DNA of 64,000 nucleotides from an uncultured Anaerolineales bacterium (GTDB lineage Bacteria; Chloroflexota; Anaerolineae; Anaerolineales; UBA11858): NCBI GenBank assembly GCA_964618295.1, contig CAZTWV010000012.1, positions 929 to 64,928 of the forward strand, read 5' to 3'. Shown piece by piece: positions 63,201 to 64,000 of this stretch (position 1 is its first letter; each line of letters starts with the position of its first letter). The notes under the pieces were generated by a model. It saw only the letters and a program-made list of their open reading frames with translations, ran no database searches and was not told where the DNA came from. The position numbers and the translations under genes were made by a program.

Positions 63201-64000
63201 TTGATGAATGCGTCAGCATTACTGCCGGAAGCCCGGATCTGACCTCCAGCGCTGGTGATTTTGCCACCATCTGCAGCACACCTCCCACCGTTAACACCTA
63301 TCCGGGAGGCAGCACCAACCCAGCAGATCCTGGTCGGCAGGTGATCTATAATTTCGGCACCCTGACCAACAGCGGTGCTTCGGATGTGAACCTGGTAGTG
63401 ACCTACCAGGCGGTTGTCCTCAACAACCTGGAAAATCAGAGCGGGGTAGACCTCAGCAACCAGGCGGTCTGGAGCTGGAGTGATGGTACTCTGGAAAATT
63501 CTGCGGATCAGGTCACTGTCCGGGAACCGGATCTGGAATTTTCAAAGGCAGTCAGCCCCCGGACGGCTTTACCCGGACAGATCGTGACTTTTACCCTGAC
63601 CGTGAATCATACGGCTGCCACCGAAACTCCAGCTTATGATGTGGTCTTGACAGACGTTATTCCTGATGGTTTGACCTACGTAGCGGGAACCCTGCAGCAT
63701 ATTAGCGGACAGGCACCAGATTCCCTGGATTACAGCAGCAGTCCACCCACACTGACCGTGGTCTGGGATGATCTGCTCAACAACGGTACGAACTCGGTGA
63801 TCGAATTTGATGTCACCCTCGATTCCACCCTGCGGAGGGGGGATTCAGTCAGAAACTCTGCTAACCTGGCCTGGACCAGCCTGCCCGAGGATGATTTTGA
63901 TCCACCGCTTTCGGACTATAATCCGCTCTCGGTGGAGAGGGATTACGATCCAGCCAGCGCGGTCAATATTTATGGATTGGAAGCAGCAGCGACCATCCGG
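57230..64000 (+). CDS. Giant surface adhesin, N-terminal 2,257 aa (3' end outside the window)
   Basis: This frame (the one containing ATG 57230) is open from ATG 57230 to nt 64000 (in-frame ATG also at 57269), so it is absent from the ORF track. It has a signal anchor (LVFALVSFFLALILVPVVIVFAATVPAE). Eleven ~140-aa two-Cys Ig-like repeats follow, then two SdrD-B/Cna-B-like domains (LGNRVWYDTDNDGIFD..., LGNLVWNDGDNSG...). DUF11-like domains come last (LEFSKAVSPRTALPGQIVTFTLTVNH). Confidence 0.85.
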   Translation, partial: MKVQFSRIQPGKKMPKILPNHRLVFALVSFFLALILVPVVIVFAATVPAEMNIQFTPIAIASGGTSTLKVSVFNLNANPLTNATWTDTFHPDIAIADPPNINVQNCGSYSLTDGAGGLIEAGDSSIKLTGATVPAQLPSGVPGECYVEVDVTSTTPGNLINSIPENHLVSETIDPDGGGSVPITNTTPASATLNVIGVESPSLSKAFAPNTVFVGQTSTLTINIFNNDQDYPLTEVTMFDELPTAGNEDIKVASPLSASLNGCGEGSGAELTDENGDPLAPDDTTIKLVNGTIAPDSNCTITVDVVSMVQGAYVNVIPKDAPLDGSIQTRQGVSNEDPADDQLNVQAFIIDKEFAETKIAAGEPTLVSIEIVNNATIDYTGAALNDILPEGLVFEPGSASLSCTDGSSTAAFAYSDDTNPNDTLEMTGGVLPAGTTCTITATAEALTSVTVGTYTNNIPIGALSTVEGATNHNLASADIEVDTLGITKDFAEVTIPSGGTSELTITISNPFSKDYTDADGGDPLLEDVLPAEFEFDTSVIPGLQGTGCTGDLSIGGTNNNTLFLDGGTLPANTVCTITATVKAESTGNPADPGDYVNEIAAGKINTEEGATNASKASDTISVQSLGLTKDFDPNTIPVGGTSTLTIEIINNGTDTFTGADLSDEITDTSFYFEAGTAQTTCIPNGVVDISADSQTISLTNGTIPPGGCTIIVDVTTDDNQLPTSYENIIEAGDLITDQGDTNPADASDIISVETVTITKSYGTGTISYPEVSTLTITISNPANGQALTNMSLTDTLPDDLVIATPANASTTCNDSTPPTPTLTAEEGTRVIELSDGSLAAGSGSCSIQVDVTALSETVSGDYPNTIGQGDLTSGPAGNGPTNGNTNTATLEVEALEVSKDFLYESFQAGDTSSTNPLTITLTNPTSLDYTNVNITDSLPTSPDTDLEFVLGTENTDCGGTVSLTGSSPPPYRTIGLAGGTLPANGSCTITVDVTTDTDATAGSYTNTIYPDDITTTVDGVDGPTIPEDVTADVETYPFQRGVEAAKSFTPSSIDFFDYDGDTSTLELEFTAPPDTDLTDFSFTDVLPDNGDGSVYLASPISANLSGCGANAELTDGSGNPLGPDDTTIQMINSTILKGETCTVSVDVTSNTGSTPGVIYTNTVTPDNVSNNEDRNPPGNLTANLTVTTPSTLTMAKDFDPNIVGPEGLSRLTITLENASTTELINVDLDDFLPGDTSDGVVIAANPNPTTTCDSGVITAAPGTQTLHMEDGTIPASDGTVNGICTINVNVQGKTTDGTNPATYTNTIPVANVVATLAGTPSTMNPQDPASDDLTVKDLDLEIVKGFDPVLVYGGADSEMSITLRNPNAEAELIDITFTDNMPAADMVLVDPPNFDPSDCGPDAELIRIDQSTFEFSGGYLAAGEECTITLNTNMTVNGNRTNTIPAEAVTTTNGATNKTPTDATLTNLASVSVSKSFEPNPIAAGLGSYSILTIEIRSTESVRITRLGLIDTLPAGLQVADHVSGPAPAPTNGCGGNLSAPVSATTIQLTDGELDIGFEKCSLTIPVTGAEPGQYTNQIPQGSITNDEGITNIQSTEDTLTLTPYSLGNRVWYDTDNDGIFDPAEVGISGVRVELYRDTNSNGVYDPGVDEAVEDGSGNARFEVTDPDGYYRFDDLGADDYLVLISGDNFDSGNPLEGYYSSGTTLADDGTISDSIGPDPDDDADNEDNGTTTATSGAVDYVSAQAVTLGPDQSEPTDDDDPTTNPETGEAANDQSNRTVDFGFYTITLGNLVWNDGDNSGAVNGSEAGIDGVDLELWTADQNTLLDTVTTGGGGGYSFTGLAEGNYIVRIPASEFQGTEPLRGFASSTGNGVPAPDGDLNTTDSDDNGSEVTPPRLGLGGYIQSAEITLTPGNEASFDNSTGTTSEPRIDFGVYPFPQQEKSFTGSDQVFTAGLDVAIGEILTYQVTFTVPPGAITGVTLTDTMDRGLVFDECVSITAGSPDLTSSAGDFATICSTPPTVNTYPGGSTNPADPGRQVIYNFGTLTNSGASDVNLVVTYQAVVLNNLENQSGVDLSNQAVWSWSDGTLENSADQVTVREPDLEFSKAVSPRTALPGQIVTFTLTVNHTAATETPAYDVVLTDVIPDGLTYVAGTLQHISGQAPDSLDYSSSPPTLTVVWDDLLNNGTNSVIEFDVTLDSTLRRGDSVRNSANLAWTSLPEDDFDPPLSDYNPLSVERDYDPASAVNIYGLEAAATIR
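57390..62040 (+). repeat. Eleven tandem ~420-nt coding repeats inside the adhesin gene
   Basis: Each unit starts with x(K)xFxPxxIxxGGTSTLTIxIxN, carries xDxLPxxL, and has a Cys pair ending in C(T/S)I(T/Q)VDV(T)...YxNxI. Divergence at DNA level is high, so these are old duplications. Confidence 0.75.

Overview
The window is a 64-kb chromosomal segment with about 50% GC, densely coding, most likely from a monoderm bacterium. Anaerolineae-type Chloroflexota is my guess. It rests on gene content (heliorhodopsin, FemAB-type cross-bridge enzymes, Pro/Thr-linker surface proteins, a complex I set without NuoEFG in view) and is low-confidence inference.

Content from left to right:
- 1-1.9 kb: OmpR-type response regulator (5' truncated by the window) and its histidine kinase.
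- 1.9-8.5 kb: cell-envelope glycan and peptidoglycan genes (GT2, polyprenyl-phosphate sugar transferase, epimerase, two tandem FemAB-family genes) and a D-cysteine desulfhydrase/ACC deaminase homologue.
- 8.7-16.5 kb: complex I membrane-arm operon nuoA-H-J-K-L-M-N.
- 16.5-18.8 kb: an F0-only ATP synthase operon (atpZ-like, a, c, and a b subunit fused to a delta C-terminal domain) with a consensus promoter and a strong terminator.
- 18.9-20.5 kb: murE.
- 20.5-23.7 kb: a PadR / Zn-ribbon / NifX-like / two ferredoxin-inserted MinD-type ATPases / NifX-like cluster of unknown role.
- 23.8-27.6 kb: a Cys-rich HTH regulator divergent from nuoB-nuoCD-nuoI.
- 27.6-29.8 kb: sulfotransferase, GT4 and a small ferredoxin.
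- 29.8-42.9 kb: a light island. It holds a heliorhodopsin inside a seven-gene minus-strand cluster (DegV to MscS). A divergent CarH/LitR-like B12 photoreceptor regulator sits next to it, followed by LDH, a CrtD/CrtI-family oxidoreductase, a hydrolase, a photolyase, and a Rieske oxygenase coupled to a polytopic membrane protein.
- 42.9-45.6 kb: a DEDD exonuclease and a DUF255/thioredoxin-fold protein.
- 45.7-64.0 kb: the most unusual locus.

The 45.7-64.0 kb locus contains:
- TadE-like and TadG/vWA-like pseudopilin-type proteins with no Tad machinery nearby.
- A tandemly duplicated module, each copy pairing a 715-750 aa TadE-headed Pro/Thr-linker protein with a small secreted two-Cys protein.
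- An archaeal/SipW-type signal peptidase fused through a multi-pass membrane module to an EAL domain that looks degenerate.
- A small RTX-like protein.
- An adhesin of more than 2,257 aa that runs off the window.

I did not recognise any rRNA, tRNA, CRISPR array, transposase or integrase. All calls come from reading the translations and DNA by eye. No database search was run.
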